Shown here: positions 39,801 to 54,800 of the stretch, in pieces
Position numbering within the stretch: the first letter of the stretch is position 1
How the letters are laid out: the number at the start of each line of letters is the position of its first letter
Origin: the human T2T-CHM13v2.0 reference genome, Homo sapiens
Reading direction: 5' to 3' (one strand)
NCBI RefSeq assembly: GCF_009914755.1
Contig: NC_060942.1
DNA length: 64,000 nt
Made by a program: the position numbers and the translations under genes
Notes under the pieces: model-generated
Told to the model about the DNA's origin: nothing
What the model saw: only the letters and a program-made list of their open reading frames with translations
The model's database searches: none

Positions 39801-42800
39801 GTGCCCTCTACTGACAGAGTTGAACCTTTCTTTTCATAGAGCAGTTTTGAAACACTCTTTTTGTAGAATCTGCAAGAGGATATTTGCATAGCTTTGAGGA
39901 TTTCGTGGGAAACGGGATTGTCTTCAGGTAAAATCTAGACAGAAGCATTCTCAGAAACTTCTTTGGGATGTTTGCATTCAAGTCACAGAGTAGAACATTC
40001 CCTTTGGTAGAGCAGGTTTGAAACACTCTTTTTGTAGTATCTGGAAGTGGACATTTGGAGCGCTTTCAGGCCCATGTTGGAAAGGGAAATATCTTCCCGT
40101 AACAACTAGGCAGAAGCATTCTCAGAAACTTATTTGAGATGTGTGTACTCAACTAAGAGAATTGAACCACCGTTTTGAAGGAGCAGTTTTGAAACACTCT
40201 TTTTCTGGAATCTGCAAGAGTATATTTGCCTAGCCTTGAGGATTTCGTTGGAAACGGGATTGTCTTCAGAGAAAATCTAGACAGAAGCATTCTCAGAAAC
40301 TTCTTTGGGATGCTTGCATTCAAGTCACAGAGTAGAACATTCCCTTTGGTAGAGCAGGTTTGAAACACTCTTTTTGTAGTATCTGGAAGTGGACATTTGG
40401 AGCGCTTTCAGGCCTACGTTGGAAAAGGAAATATCTTCCCATAACAACTAGACAGAAGCATTCTCAGAAACTAGTTTCTGATGTGTGTCCTCAACTAACA
40501 CAGTTGAACATTTCTTTAGACAGAACAGTTTTGAAACACTCTTTTTGTGGAATCTGCAAGTGGCTATTTGGCTAGATTTGAGGATTTCGTTGGAAACGGG
40601 ATTACATATAAAAAGCAGCCAGCAGCATTCTCAGAAAGTTCTTTGTGATGATTGCATTCAAGTCACAGAATTGAACATTCCCTTTCACAGAGCAGGTTTG
40701 AAACACTCTTTTTGTAGTGTGTGTAAGTGGACATTTGGAGCACTTACCGGCCTAAGGTGAAAAAGGAAATAATCTTCCCATAAAAACTAGACAGAAGCAT
40801 TCTCAGAAACTTACTCGTGATGTGTGTCCTCAACTAAAGGAGTAGAACCTTTCTTTTCATAGAGAAGTTTTGAAACGCTCTTTTTGTGGAATCTGCAAGT
40901 GGATATTTGGCTAGTTTTGAGGATTTCGTTGGAAGCGGGAATTCATACAAATTGCAGACTGCAGCGTTCTGAGAAACATCTTTGTGATGTTTGTATTCAG
41001 GACACAGAGTTGAACATTCCCTATCATAGAGCAGGTTTGAATCACTCCTTTTGTAGTATCTGGAAGTGGACATTTGGAGCGCTTTCAGGCCTATGTTGGA
41101 AAAGGAAATATCTTCCCATAACAACTAGACAGAAGCATTCTCAGAAACTTATTTGAGATGTGTGTACTCAACTAAGAGAATTGAACCACCGTTTTGAAGG
41201 AGCAGTTTTGAAACTCTCTTTTTCTGGAATCTGCAAGTGGATATTTGGCTAGCTTTGGGGATTTCGCTGGAAGCGGGAATACATATAAAAAGCACACAGC
41301 AGCGTTCTGAGAAACTGCTTTCTGATGTTTGCATTCAAGTCAAAAGTTGAACACTCCCTTTCATAGGGCAGTCCTGAAACACCCCTTTTGTAGTATCTGG
41401 AACTGGACTTTTGGAGCGATTTCAGGGCTAAGGTGAAAAAGGAAATATCTTCCCATAAAAACTGGACAGAAGCATTCTCAGAAACTTGTTTATGCTGTAT
41501 CTACTCAACTAACAAAGTTGAACCTTTCTTTTGATAGAGCAGTTTTGAAATGGTCTTTTTGTGGAATCTGCAAGTGGATATTTGGCTAGTTTTGAGGATT
41601 TCGTTGGAAGCGGGAATTCATACAAATTGCAGACTGCAGCGTTCTGAGAAACATCTTTGTGATGTTTGTATTCAGGACACAGAGTTGAACATTCCCTATC
41701 ATAGAGCAGGTTGGAATCACTCCTTTTGTAGTATCTGGAAGTGGACATTTGGAGCGCTTTCAGGCCTATTTTGGAAAGGGAAATATCTTCCCGTAACAAC
41801 TATGCAGAAGCATTCTCAGAAACTTGTTTGTGATGTGTGCCCTCTACTGACAGAGTTGAACCTTTCTTTTCATAGAGCAGTTTTGAAACACTCTTTTTGT
41901 AGAATCTGCAAGAGGATATTTGCATAGCTTTGAGGATTTCGTGGGAAACGGGATTGTCTTCAGGTAAAATCTAGACAGAAGCATTCTCAGAAACTTCTTT
42001 GGGATGTTTGCATTCAAGTCACAGAGTAGAACATTCCCTTTGGTAGAGCAGGTTTGAAACACTCTTTTTGTAGTATCTGGAAGTGGACATTTGGAGCGCT
42101 TTCAGGCCCATGTTGGAAAGGGAAATATCTTCCCGTAACAACTAGGCAGAAGCATTCTCAGAAACTTATTTGAGATGTGTGTACTCAACTAAGAGAATTG
42201 AACCACCGTTTTGAAGGAGCAGTTTTGAAACACTCTTTTTCTGGAATCTGCAAGAGTATATTTGCCTAGCCTTGAGGATTTCGTTGGAAACGGGATTGTC
42301 TTCAGAGAAAATCTAGACAGAAGCATTCTCAGAAACTTCTTTGGGATGCTTGCATTCAAGTCACAGAGTAGAACATTCCCTTTGGTAGAGCAGGTTTGAA
42401 ACACTCTTTTTGTAGTATCTGGAAGTGGACATTTGGAGCGCTTTCAGGCCTACGTTGGAAAAGGAAATATCTTCCCATAACAACTAGACAGAAGCATTCT
42501 CAGAAACTAGTTTCTGATGTGTGTCCTCAACTAACACAGTTGAACATTTCTTTAGACAGAACAGTTTTGAAACACTCTTTTTGTGGAATCTGCAAGTGGC
42601 TATTTGGCTAGATTTGAGGATTTCGTTGGAAACGGGATTACATATAAAAAGCAGCCAGCAGCATTCTCAGAAAGTTCTTTGTGATGATTGCATTCAAGTC
42701 ACAGAATTGAACATTCCCTTTCACAGAGCAGGTTTGAAACACTCTTTTTGTAGTGTGTGTAAGTGGACATTTGGAGCACTTACCGGCCTAAGGTGAAAAA

Positions 42801-45800
42801 GGAAATAATCTTCCCATAAAAACTAGACAGAAGCATTCTCAGAAACTTACTCGTGATGTGTGTCCTCAACTAAAGGAGTAGAACCTTTCTTTTCATAGAG
42901 AAGTTTTGAAACGCTCTTTTTGTGGAATCTGCAAGTGGATATTTGGCTAGTTTTGAGGATTTCGTTGGAAGCGGGAATTCATACAAATTGCAGACTGCAG
43001 CGTTCTGAGAAACATCTTTGTGATGTTTGTATTCAGGACACAGAGTTGAACATTCCCTATCATAGAGCAGGTTTGAATCACTCCTTTTGTAGTATCTGGA
43101 AGTGGACATTTGGAGCGCTTTCAGGCCTATGTTGGAAAAGGAAATATCTTCCCATAACAACTAGACAGAAGCATTCTCAGAAACTTATTTGAGATGTGTG
43201 TACTCAACTAAGAGAATTGAACCACCGTTTTGAAGGAGCAGTTTTGAAACTCTCTTTTTCTGGAATCTGCAAGTGGATATTTGGCTAGCTTTGGGGATTT
43301 CGCTGGAAGCGGGAATACATATAAAAAGCACACAGCAGCGTTCTGAGAAACTGCTTTCTGATGTTTGCATTCAAGTCAAAAGTTGAACACTCCCTTTCAT
43401 AGGGCAGTCCTGAAACACCCCTTTTGTAGTATCTGGAACTGGACTTTTGGAGCGATTTCAGGGCTAAGGTGAAAAAGGAAATATCTTCCCATAAAAACTG
43501 GACAGAAGCATTCTCAGAAACTTGTTTATGCTGTATCTACTCAACTAACAAAGTTGAACCTTTCTTTTGATAGAGCAGTTTTGAAATGGTCTTTTTGTGG
43601 AATCTGCAAGTGGATATTTGGCTAGTTTTGAGGATTTCGTTGGAAGCGGGAATTCATACAAATTGCAGACTGCAGCGTTCTGAGAAACATCTTTGTGATG
43701 TTTGTATTCAGGACACAGAGTTGAACATTCCCTATCATAGAGCAGGTTGGAATCACTCCTTTTGTAGTATCTGGAAGTGGACATTTGGAGCGCTTTCAGG
43801 CCTATTTTGGAAAGGGAAATATCTTCCCGTAACAACTATGCAGAAGCATTCTCAGAAACTTGTTTGTGATGTGTGCCCTCTACTGACAGAGTTGAACCTT
43901 TCTTTTCATAGAGCACTTTTGAAACACTCTTTTTGTAGAATCTGCAAGAGGATATTTGCATAGCTTTGAGGATTTCGTGGGAAACGGGATTGTCTTCAGG
44001 TAAAATCTAGACAGAAGCATTCTCAGAAACTTCTTTGGGATGTTTGCATTCAAGTCACAGAGTAGAACATTCCCTTTGGTAGAGCAGGTTTGAAACACTC
44101 TTTTTGTAGTATCTGGAAGTGGACATTTGGAGCGCTTTCAGGCCCATGTTGGAAAGGGAAATATCTTCCCGTAACAACTAGGCAGAAGCATTCTCAGAAA
44201 CTTATTTGAGATGTGTGTACTCAACTAAGAGAATTGAACCACCGTTTTGAAGGAGCAGTTTTGAAACACTCTTTTTCTGGAATCTGCAAGAGTATATTTG
44301 CCTAGCCTTGAGGATTTCGTTGGAAACGGGATTGTCTTCAGAGAAAATCTAGACAGAAGCATTCTCAGAAACTTCTTTGGGATGCTTGCATTCAAGTCAC
44401 AGAGTAGAACATTCCCTTTGGTAGAGCAGGTTTGAAACACTCTTTTTGTAGTATCTGGAAGTGGACATTTGGAGCGCTTTCAGGCCTACGTTGGAAAAGG
44501 AAATATCTTCCCATAACAACTAGACAGAAGCATTCTCAGAAACTAGTTTCTGATGTGTGTCCTCAACTAACACAGTTGAACATTTCTTTAGACAGAACAG
44601 TTTTGAAACACTCTTTTTGTGGAATCTGCAAGTGGCTATTTGGCTAGATTTGAGGATTTCGTTGGAAACGGGATTACATATAAAAAGCAGCCAGCAGCAT
44701 TCTCAGAAAGTTCTTTGTGATGATTGCATTCAAGTCACAGAATTGAACATTCCCTTTCACAGAGCAGGTTTGAAACACTCTTTTTGTAGTGTGTGTAAGT
44801 GGACATTTGGAGCACTTACCGGCCTAAGGTGAAAAAGGAAATAATCTTCCCATAAAAACTAGACAGAAGCATTCTCAGAAACTTACTCGTGATGTGTGTC
44901 CTCAACTAAAGGAGTAGAACCTTTCTTTTCATAGAGAAGTTTTGAAACGCTCTTTTTGTGGAATCTGCAAGTGGATATTTGGCTAGTTTTGAGGATTTCG
45001 TTGGAAGCGGGAATTCATACAAATTGCAGACTGCAGCGTTCTGAGAAACATCTTTGTGATGTTTGTATTCAGGACACAGAGTTGAACATTCCCTATCATA
45101 GAGCAGGTTTGAATCACTCCTTTTGTAGTATCTGGAAGTGGACATTTGGAGCGCTTTCAGGCCTATGTTGGAAAAGGAAATATCTTCCCATAACAACTAG
45201 ACAGAAGCATTCTCAGAAACTTATTTGAGATGTGTGTACTCAACTAAGAGAATTGAACCACCGTTTTGAAGGAGCAGTTTTGAAACTCTCTTTTTCTGGA
45301 ATCTGCAAGTGGATATTTGGCTAGCTTTGGGGATTTCGCTGGAAGCGGGAATACATATAAAAAGCACACAGCAGCGTTCTGAGAAACTGCTTTCTGATGT
45401 TTGCATTCAAGTCAAAAGTTGAACACTCCCTTTCATAGGGCAGTCCTGAAACACCCCTTTTGTAGTATCTGGAACTGGACTTTTGGAGCGATTTCAGGGC
45501 TAAGGTGAAAAAGGAAATATCTTCCCATAAAAACTGGACAGAAGCATTCTCAGAAACTTGTTTATGCTGTATCTACTCAACTAACAAAGTTGAACCTTTC
45601 TTTTGATAGAGCAGTTTTGAAATGGTCTTTTTGTGGAATCTGCAAGTGGATATTTGGCTAGTTTTGAGGATTTCGTTGGAAGCGGGAATTCATACAAATT
45701 GCAGACTGCAGCGTTCTGAGAAACATCTTTGTGATGTTTGTATTCAGGACACAGAGTTGAACATTCCCTATCATAGAGCAGGTTGGAATCACTCCTTTTG

Positions 45801-48800
45801 TAGTATCTGGAAGTGGACATTTGGAGCGCTTTCAGGCCTATTTTGGAAAGGGAAATATCTTCCCGTAACAACTATGCAGAAGCATTCTCAGAAACTTGTT
45901 TGTGATGTGTGCCCTCTACTGACAGAGTTGAACCTTTCTTTTCATAGAGCAGTTTTGAAACACTCTTTTTGTAGAATCTGCAAGAGGATATTTGCATAGC
46001 TTTGAGGATTTCGTGGGAAACGGGATTGTCTTCAGGTAAAATCTAGACAGAAGCATTCTCAGAAACTTCTTTGGGATGTTTGCATTCAAGTCACAGAGTA
46101 GAACATTCCCTTTGGTAGAGCAGGTTTGAAACACTCTTTTTGTAGTATCTGGAAGTGGACATTTGGAGCGCTTTCAGGCCCATGTTGGAAAGGGAAATAT
46201 CTTCCCGTAACAACTAGGCAGAAGCATTCTCAGAAACTTATTTGAGATGTGTGTACTCAACTAAGAGAATTGAACCACCGTTTTGAAGGAGCAGTTTTGA
46301 AACACTCTTTTTCTGGAATCTGCAAGAGTATATTTGCCTAGCCTTGAGGATTTCGTTGGAAACGGGATTGTCTTCAGAGAAAATCTAGACAGAAGCATTC
46401 TCAGAAACTTCTTTGGGATGCTTGCATTCAAGTCACAGAGTAGAACATTCCCTTTGGTAGAGCAGGTTTGAAACACTCTTTTTGTAGTATCTGGAAGTGG
46501 ACATTTGGAGCGCTTTCAGGCCTACGTTGGAAAAGGAAATATCTTCCCATAACAACTAGACAGAAGCATTCTCAGAAACTAGTTTCTGATGTGTGTCCTC
46601 AACTAACACAGTTGAACATTTCTTTAGACAGAACAGTTTTGAAACACTCTTTTTGTGGAATCTGCAAGTGGCTATTTGGCTAGATTTGAGGATTTCGTTG
46701 GAAACGGGATTACATATAAAAAGCAGCCAGCAGCATTCTCAGAAAGTTCTTTGTGATGATTGCATTCAAGTCACAGAATTGAACATTCCCTTTCACAGAG
46801 CAGGTTTGAAACACTCTTTTTGTAGTGTGTGTAAGTGGACATTTGGAGCACTTACCGGCCTAAGGTGAAAAAGGAAATAATCTTCCCATAAAAACTAGAC
46901 AGAAGCATTCTCAGAAACTTACTCGTGATGTGTGTCCTCAACTAAAGGAGTAGAACCTTTCTTTTCATAGAGAAGTTTTGAAACGCTCTTTTTGTGGAAT
47001 CTGCAAGTGGATATTTGGCTAGTTTTGAGGATTTCGTTGGAAGCGGGAATTCATACAAATTGCAGACTGCAGCGTTCTGAGAAACATCTTTGTGATGTTT
47101 GTATTCAGGACACAGAGTTGAACATTCCCTATCATAGAGCAGGTTTGAATCACTCCTTTTGTAGTATCTGGAAGTGGACATTTGGAGCGCTTTCAGGCCT
47201 ATGTTGGAAAAGGAAATATCTTCCCATAACAACTAGACAGAAGCATTCTCAGAAACTTATTTGAGATGTGTGTACTCAACTAAGAGAATTGAACCACCGT
47301 TTTGAAGGAGCAGTTTTGAAACTCTCTTTTTCTGGAATCTGCAAGTGGATATTTGGCTAGCTTTGGGGATTTCGCTGGAAGCGGGAATACATATAAAAAG
47401 CACACAGCAGCGTTCTGAGAAACTGCTTTCTGATGTTTGCATTCAAGTCAAAAGTTGAACACTCCCTTTCATAGGGCAGTCCTGAAACACCCCTTTTGTA
47501 GTATCTGGAACTGGACTTTTGGAGCGATTTCAGGGCTAAGGTGAAAAAGGAAATATCTTCCCATAAAAACTGGACAGAAGCATTCTCAGAAACTTGTTTA
47601 TGCTGTATCTACTCAACTAACAAAGTTGAACCTTTCTTTTGATAGAGCAGTTTTGAAATGGTCTTTTTGTGGAATCTGCAAGTGGATATTTGGCTAGTTT
47701 TGAGGATTTCGTTGGAAGCGGGAATTCATACAAATTGCAGACTGCAGCGTTCTGAGAAACATCTTTGTGATGTTTGTATTCAGGACACAGAGTTGAACAT
47801 TCCCTATCATAGAGCAGGTTGGAATCACTCCTTTTGTAGTATCTGGAAGTGGACATTTGGAGCGCTTTCAGGCCTATTTTGGAAAGGGAAATATCTTCCC
47901 GTAACAACTATGCAGAAGCATTCTCAGAAACTTGTTTGTGATGTGTGCCCTCTACTGACAGAGTTGAACCTTTCTTTTCATAGAGCACTTTTGAAACACT
48001 CTTTTTGTAGAATCTGCAAGAGGATATTTGCATAGCTTTGAGGATTTCGTGGGAAACGGGATTGTCTTCAGGTAAAATCTAGACAGAAGCATTCTCAGAA
48101 ACTTCTTTGGGATGTTTGCATTCAAGTCACAGAGTAGAACATTCCCTTTGGTAGAGCAGGTTTGAAACACTCTTTTTGTAGTATCTGGAAGTGGACATTT
48201 GGAGCGCTTTCAGGCCCATGTTGGAAAGGGAAATATCTTCCCGTAACAACTAGGCAGAAGCATTCTCAGAAACTTATTTGAGATGTGTGTACTCAACTAA
48301 GAGAATTGAACCACCGTTTTGAAGGAGCAGTTTTGAAACACTCTTTTTCTGCAATCTGCAAGAGTATATTTGCCTAGCCTTGAGGATTTCGTTGGAAACG
48401 GGATTGTCTTCAGAGAAAATCTAGACAGAAGCATTCTCAGAAACTTCTTTGGGATGCTTGCATTCAAGTCACAGAGTAGAACATTCCCTTTGGTAGAGCA
48501 GGTTTGAAACACTCTTTTTGTAGTATCTGGAAGTGGACATTTGGAGCGCTTTCAGGCCTACGTTGGAAAAGGAAATATCTTCCCATAACAACTAGACAGA
48601 AGCATTCTCAGAAACTAGTTTCTGATGTGTGTCCTCAACTAACACAGTTGAACATTTCTTTAGACAGAACAGTTTTGAAACACTCTTTTTGTGGAATCTG
48701 CAAGTGGCTATTTGGCTAGATTTGAGGATTTCGTTGGAAACGGGATTACATATAAAAAGCAGCCAGCAGCATTCTCAGAAAGTTCTTTGTGATGATTGCA

Positions 48801-51800
48801 TTCAAGTCACAGAATTGAACATTCCCTTTCACAGAGCAGGTTTGAAACACTCTTTTTGTAGTGTGTGTAAGTGGACATTTGGAGCACTTACCGGCCTAAG
48901 GTGAAAAAGGAAATAATCTTCCCATAAAAACTAGACAGAAGCATTCTCAGAAACTTACTCGTGATGTGTGTCCTCAACTAAAGGAGTAGAACCTTTCTTT
49001 TCATAGAGAAGTTTTGAAACGCTCTTTTTGTGGAATCTGCAAGTGGATATTTGGCTAGTTTTGAGGATTTCGTTGGAAGCGGGAATTCATACAAATTGCA
49101 GACTGCAGCGTTCTGAGAAACATCTTTGTGATGTTTGTATTCAGGACACAGAGTTGAACATTCCCTATCATAGAGCAGGTTTGAATCACTCCTTTTGTAG
49201 TATCTGGAAGTGGACATTTGGAGCGCTTTCAGGCCTATGTTGGAAAAGGAAATATCTTCCCATAACAACTAGACAGAAGCATTCTCAGAAACTTATTTGA
49301 GATGTGTGTACTCAACTAAGAGAATTGAACCACCGTTTTGAAGGAGCAGTTTTGAAACTCTCTTTTTCTGGAATCTGCAAGTGGATATTTGGCTAGCTTT
49401 GGGGATTTCGCTGGAAGCGGGAATACATATAAAAAGCACACAGCAGCGTTCTGAGAAACTGCTTTCTGATGTTTGCATTCAAGTCAAAAGTTGAACACTC
49501 CCTTTCATAGGGCAGTCCTGAAACACCCCTTTTGTAGTATCTGGAACTGGACTTTTGGAGCGATTTCAGGGCTAAGGTGAAAAAGGAAATATCTTCCCAT
49601 AAAAACTGGACAGAAGCATTCTCAGAAACTTGTTTATGCTGTATCTACTCAACTAACAAAGTTGAACCTTTCTTTTGATAGAGCAGTTTTGAAATGGTCT
49701 TTTTGTGGAATCTGCAAGTGGATATTTGGCTAGTTTTGAGGATTTCGTTGGAAGCGGGAATTCATACAAATTGCAGACTGCAGCGTTCTGAGAAACATCT
49801 TTGTGATGTTTGTATTCAGGACACAGAGTTGAACATTCCCTATCATAGAGCAGGTTGGAATCACTCCTTTTGTAGTATCTGGAAGTGGACATTTGGAGCG
49901 CTTTCAGGCCTATTTTGGAAAGGGAAATATCTTCCCGTAACAACTATGCAGAAGCATTCTCAGAAACTTGTTTGTGATGTGTGCCCTCTACTGACAGAGT
50001 TGAACCTTTCTTTTCATAGAGCACTTTTGAAACACTCTTTTTGTAGAATCTGCAAGAGGATATTTGCATAGCTTTGAGGATTTCGTGGGAAACGGGATTG
50101 TCTTCAGGTAAAATCTAGACAGAAGCATTCTCAGAAACTTCTTTGGGATGTTTGCATTCAAGTCACAGAGTAGAACATTCCCTTTGGTAGAGCAGGTTTG
50201 AAACACTCTTTTTGTAGTATCTGGAAGTGGACATTTGGAGCGCTTTCAGGCCCATGTTGGAAAGGGAAATATCTTCCCGTAACAACTAGGCAGAAGCATT
50301 CTCAGAAACTTATTTGAGATGTGTGTACTCAACTAAGAGAATTGAACCACCGTTTTGAAGGAGCAGTTTTGAAACACTCTTTTTCTGCAATCTGCAAGAG
50401 TATATTTGCCTAGCCTTGAGGATTTCGTTGGAAACGGGATTGTCTTCAGAGAAAATCTAGACAGAAGCATTCTCAGAAACTTCTTTGGGATGCTTGCATT
50501 CAAGTCACAGAGTAGAACATTCCCTTTGGTAGAGCAGGTTTGAAACACTCTTTTTGTAGTATCTGGAAGTGGACATTTGGAGCGCTTTCAGGCCTACGTT
50601 GGAAAAGGAAATATCTTCCCATAACAACTAGACAGAAGCATTCTCAGAAACTAGTTTCTGATGTGTGTCCTCAACTAACACAGTTGAACATTTCTTTAGA
50701 CAGAACAGTTTTGAAACACTCTTTTTGTGGAATCTGCAAGTGGCTATTTGGCTAGATTTGAGGATTTCGTTGGAAACGGGATTACATATAAAAAGCAGCC
50801 AGCAGCATTCTCAGAAAGTTCTTTGTGATGATTGCATTCAAGTCACAGAATTGAACATTCCCTTTCACAGAGCAGGTTTGAAACACTCTTTTTGTAGTGT
50901 GTGTAAGTGGACATTTGGAGCACTTACCGGCCTAAGGTGAAAAAGGAAATAATCTTCCCATAAAAACTAGACAGAAGCATTCTCAGAAACTTACTCGTGA
51001 TGTGTGTCCTCAACTAAAGGAGTAGAACCTTTCTTTTCATAGAGAAGTTTTGAAACGCTCTTTTTGTGGAATCTGCAAGTGGATATTTGGCTAGTTTTGA
51101 GGATTTCGTTGGAAGCGGGAATTCATACAAATTGCAGACTGCAGCGTTCTGAGAAACATCTTTGTGATGTTTGTATTCAGGACACAGAGTTGAACATTCC
51201 CTATCATAGAGCAGGTTTGAATCACTCCTTTTGTAGTATCTGGAAGTGGACATTTGGAGCGCTTTCAGGCCTATGTTGGAAAAGGAAATATCTTCCCATA
51301 ACAACTAGACAGAAGCATTCTCAGAAACTTATTTGAGATGTGTGTACTCAACTAAGAGAATTGAACCACCGTTTTGAAGGAGCAGTTTTGAAACTCTCTT
51401 TTTCTGGAATCTGCAAGTGGATATTTGGCTAGCTTTGGGGATTTCGCTGGAAGCGGGAATACATATAAAAAGCACACAGCAGCGTTCTGAGAAACTGCTT
51501 TCTGATGTTTGCATTCAAGTCAAAAGTTGAACACTCCCTTTCATAGGGCAGTCCTGAAACACCCCTTTTGTAGTATCTGGAACTGGACTTTTGGAGCGAT
51601 TTCAGGGCTAAGGTGAAAAAGGAAATATCTTCCCATAAAAACTGGACAGAAGCATTCTCAGAAACTTGTTTATGCTGTATCTACTCAACTAACAAAGTTG
51701 AACCTTTCTTTTGATAGAGCAGTTTTGAAATGGTCTTTTTGTGGAATCTGCAAGTGGATATTTGGCTAGTTTTGAGGATTTCGTTGGAAGCGGGAATTCA

Positions 51801-54800
51801 TACAAATTGCAGACTGCAGCGTTCTGAGAAACATCTTTGTGATGTTTGTATTCAGGACACAGAGTTGAACATTCCCTATCATAGAGCAGGTTGGAATCAC
51901 TCCTTTTGTAGTATCTGGAAGTGGACATTTGGAGCGCTTTCAGGCCTATTTTGGAAAGGGAAATATCTTCCCGTAACAACTATGCAGAAGCATTCTCAGA
52001 AACTTGTTTGTGATGTGTGCCCTCTACTGACAGAGTTGAACCTTTCTTTTCATAGAGCAGTTTTGAAACACTCTTTTTGTAGAATCTGCAAGAGGATATT
52101 TGCATAGCTTTGAGGATTTCGTGGGAAACGGGATTGTCTTCAGGTAAAATCTAGACAGAAGCATTCTCAGAAACTTCTTTGGGATGTTTGCATTCAAGTC
52201 ACAGAGTAGAACATTCCCTTTGGTAGAGCAGGTTTGAAACACTCTTTTTGTAGTATCTGGAAGTGGACATTTGGAGCGCTTTCAGGCCCATGTTGGAAAG
52301 GGAAATATCTTCCCGTAACAACTAGGCAGAAGCATTCTCAGAAACTTATTTGAGATGTGTGTACTCAACTAAGAGAATTGAACCACCGTTTTGAAGGAGC
52401 AGTTTTGAAACACTCTTTTTCTGCAATCTGCAAGAGTATATTTGCCTAGCCTTGAGGATTTCGTTGGAAACGGGATTGTCTTCAGAGAAAATCTAGACAG
52501 AAGCATTCTCAGAAACTTCTTTGGGATGCTTGCATTCAAGTCACAGAGTAGAACATTCCCTTTGGTAGAGCAGGTTTGAAACACTCTTTTTGTAGTATCT
52601 GGAAGTGGACATTTGGAGCGCTTTCAGGCCTACGTTGGAAAAGGAAATATCTTCCCATAACAACTAGACAGAAGCATTCTCAGAAACTAGTTTCTGATGT
52701 GTGTCCTCAACTAACAGAGTTGAACATTTCTTTAGACAGAACAGTTTTGAAACACTCTTTTTGTGGAATCTGCAAGTGGCTATTTGGCTAGATTTGAGGA
52801 TTTCGTTGGAAACGGGATTACATATAAAAAGCAGCCAGCAGCATTCTCAGAAAGTTCTTTGTGATGATTGCATTCAAGTCACAGAATTGAACATTCCCTT
52901 TCACAGAGCAGGTTTGAAACACTCTTTTTGTAGTGTGTGTAAGTGGACATTTGGAGCACTTACCGGCCTAAGGTGAAAAAGGAAATAATCTTCCCATAAA
53001 AACTAGACAGAAGCATTCTCAGAAACTTACTCGTGATGTGTGTCCTCAACTAAAGGAGTAGAACCTTTCTTTTCATAGAGAAGTTTTGAAACGCTCTTTT
53101 TGTGGAATCTGCAAGTGGATATTTGGCTAGTTTTGAGGATTTCGTTGGAAGCGGGAATTCATACAAATTGCAGACTGCAGCGTTCTGAGAAACATCTTTG
53201 TGATGTTTGTATTCAGGACACAGAGTTGAACATTCCCTATCATAGAGCAGGTTTGAATCACTCCTTTTGTAGTATCTGGAAGTGGACATTTGGAGCGCTT
53301 TCAGGCCTATGTTGGAAAAGGAAATATCTTCCCATAACAACTAGACAGAAGCATTCTCAGAAACTTATTTGAGATGTGTGTACTCAACTAAGAGAATTGA
53401 ACCACCGTTTTGAAGGAGCAGTTTTGAAACTCTCTTTTTCTGGAATCTGCAAGTGGATATTTGGCTAGCTTTGGGGATTTCGCTGGAAGCGGGAATACAT
53501 ATAAAAAGCACACAGCAGCGTTCTGAGAAACTGCTTTCTGATGTTTGCATTCAAGTCAAAAGTTGAACACTCCCTTTCATAGGGCAGTCCTGAAACACCC
53601 CTTTTGTAGTATCTGGAACTGGACTTTTGGAGCGATTTCAGGGCTAAGGTGAAAAAGGAAATATCTTCCCATAAAAACTGGACAGAAGCATTCTCAGAAA
53701 CTTGTTTATGCTGTATCTACTCAACTAACAAAGTTGAACCTTTCTTTTGATAGAGCAGTTTTGAAATGGTCTTTTTGTGGAATCTGCAAGTGGATATTTG
53801 GCTAGTTTTGAGGATTTCGTTGGAAGCGGGAATTCATACAAATTGCAGACTGCAGCGTTCTGAGAAACATCTTTGTGATGTTTGTATTCAGGACACAGAG
53901 TTGAACATTCCCTATCATAGAGCAGGTTGGAATCACTCCTTTTGTAGTATCTGGAAGTGGACATTTGGAGCGCTTTCAGGCCTATTTTGGAAAGGGAAAT
54001 ATCTTCCCGTAACAACTATGCAGAAGCATTCTCAGAAACTTGTTTGTGATGTGTGCCCTCTACTGACAGAGTTGAACCTTTCTTTTCATAGAGCACTTTT
54101 GAAACACTCTTTTTGTAGAATCTGCAAGAGGATATTTGCATAGCTTTGAGGATTTCGTGGGAAACGGGATTGTCTTCAGGTAAAATCTAGACAGAAGCAT
54201 TCTCAGAAACTTCTTTGGGATGTTTGCATTCAAGTCACAGAGTAGAACATTCCCTTTGGTAGAGCAGGTTTGAAACACTCTTTTTGTAGTATCTGGAAGT
54301 GGACATTTGGAGCGCTTTCAGGCCCATGTTGGAAAGGGAAATATCTTCCCGTAACAACTAGGCAGAAGCATTCTCAGAAACTTATTTGAGATGTGTGTAC
54401 TCAACTAAGAGAATTGAACCACCGTTTTGAAGGAGCAGTTTTGAAACACTCTTTTTCTGCAATCTGCAAGAGTATATTTGCCTAGCCTTGAGGATTTCGT
54501 TGGAAACGGGATTGTCTTCAGAGAAAATCTAGACAGAAGCATTCTCAGAAACTTCTTTGGGATGCTTGCATTCAAGTCACAGAGTAGAACATTCCCTTTG
54601 GTAGAGCAGGTTTGAAACACTCTTTTTGTAGTATCTGGAAGTGGACATTTGGAGCGCTTTCAGGCCTACGTTGGAAAAGGAAATATCTTCCCATAACAAC
54701 TAGACAGAAGCATTCTCAGAAACTAGTTTCTGATGTGTGTCCTCAACTAACACAGTTGAACATTTCTTTAGACAGAACAGTTTTGAAACACTCTTTTTGT

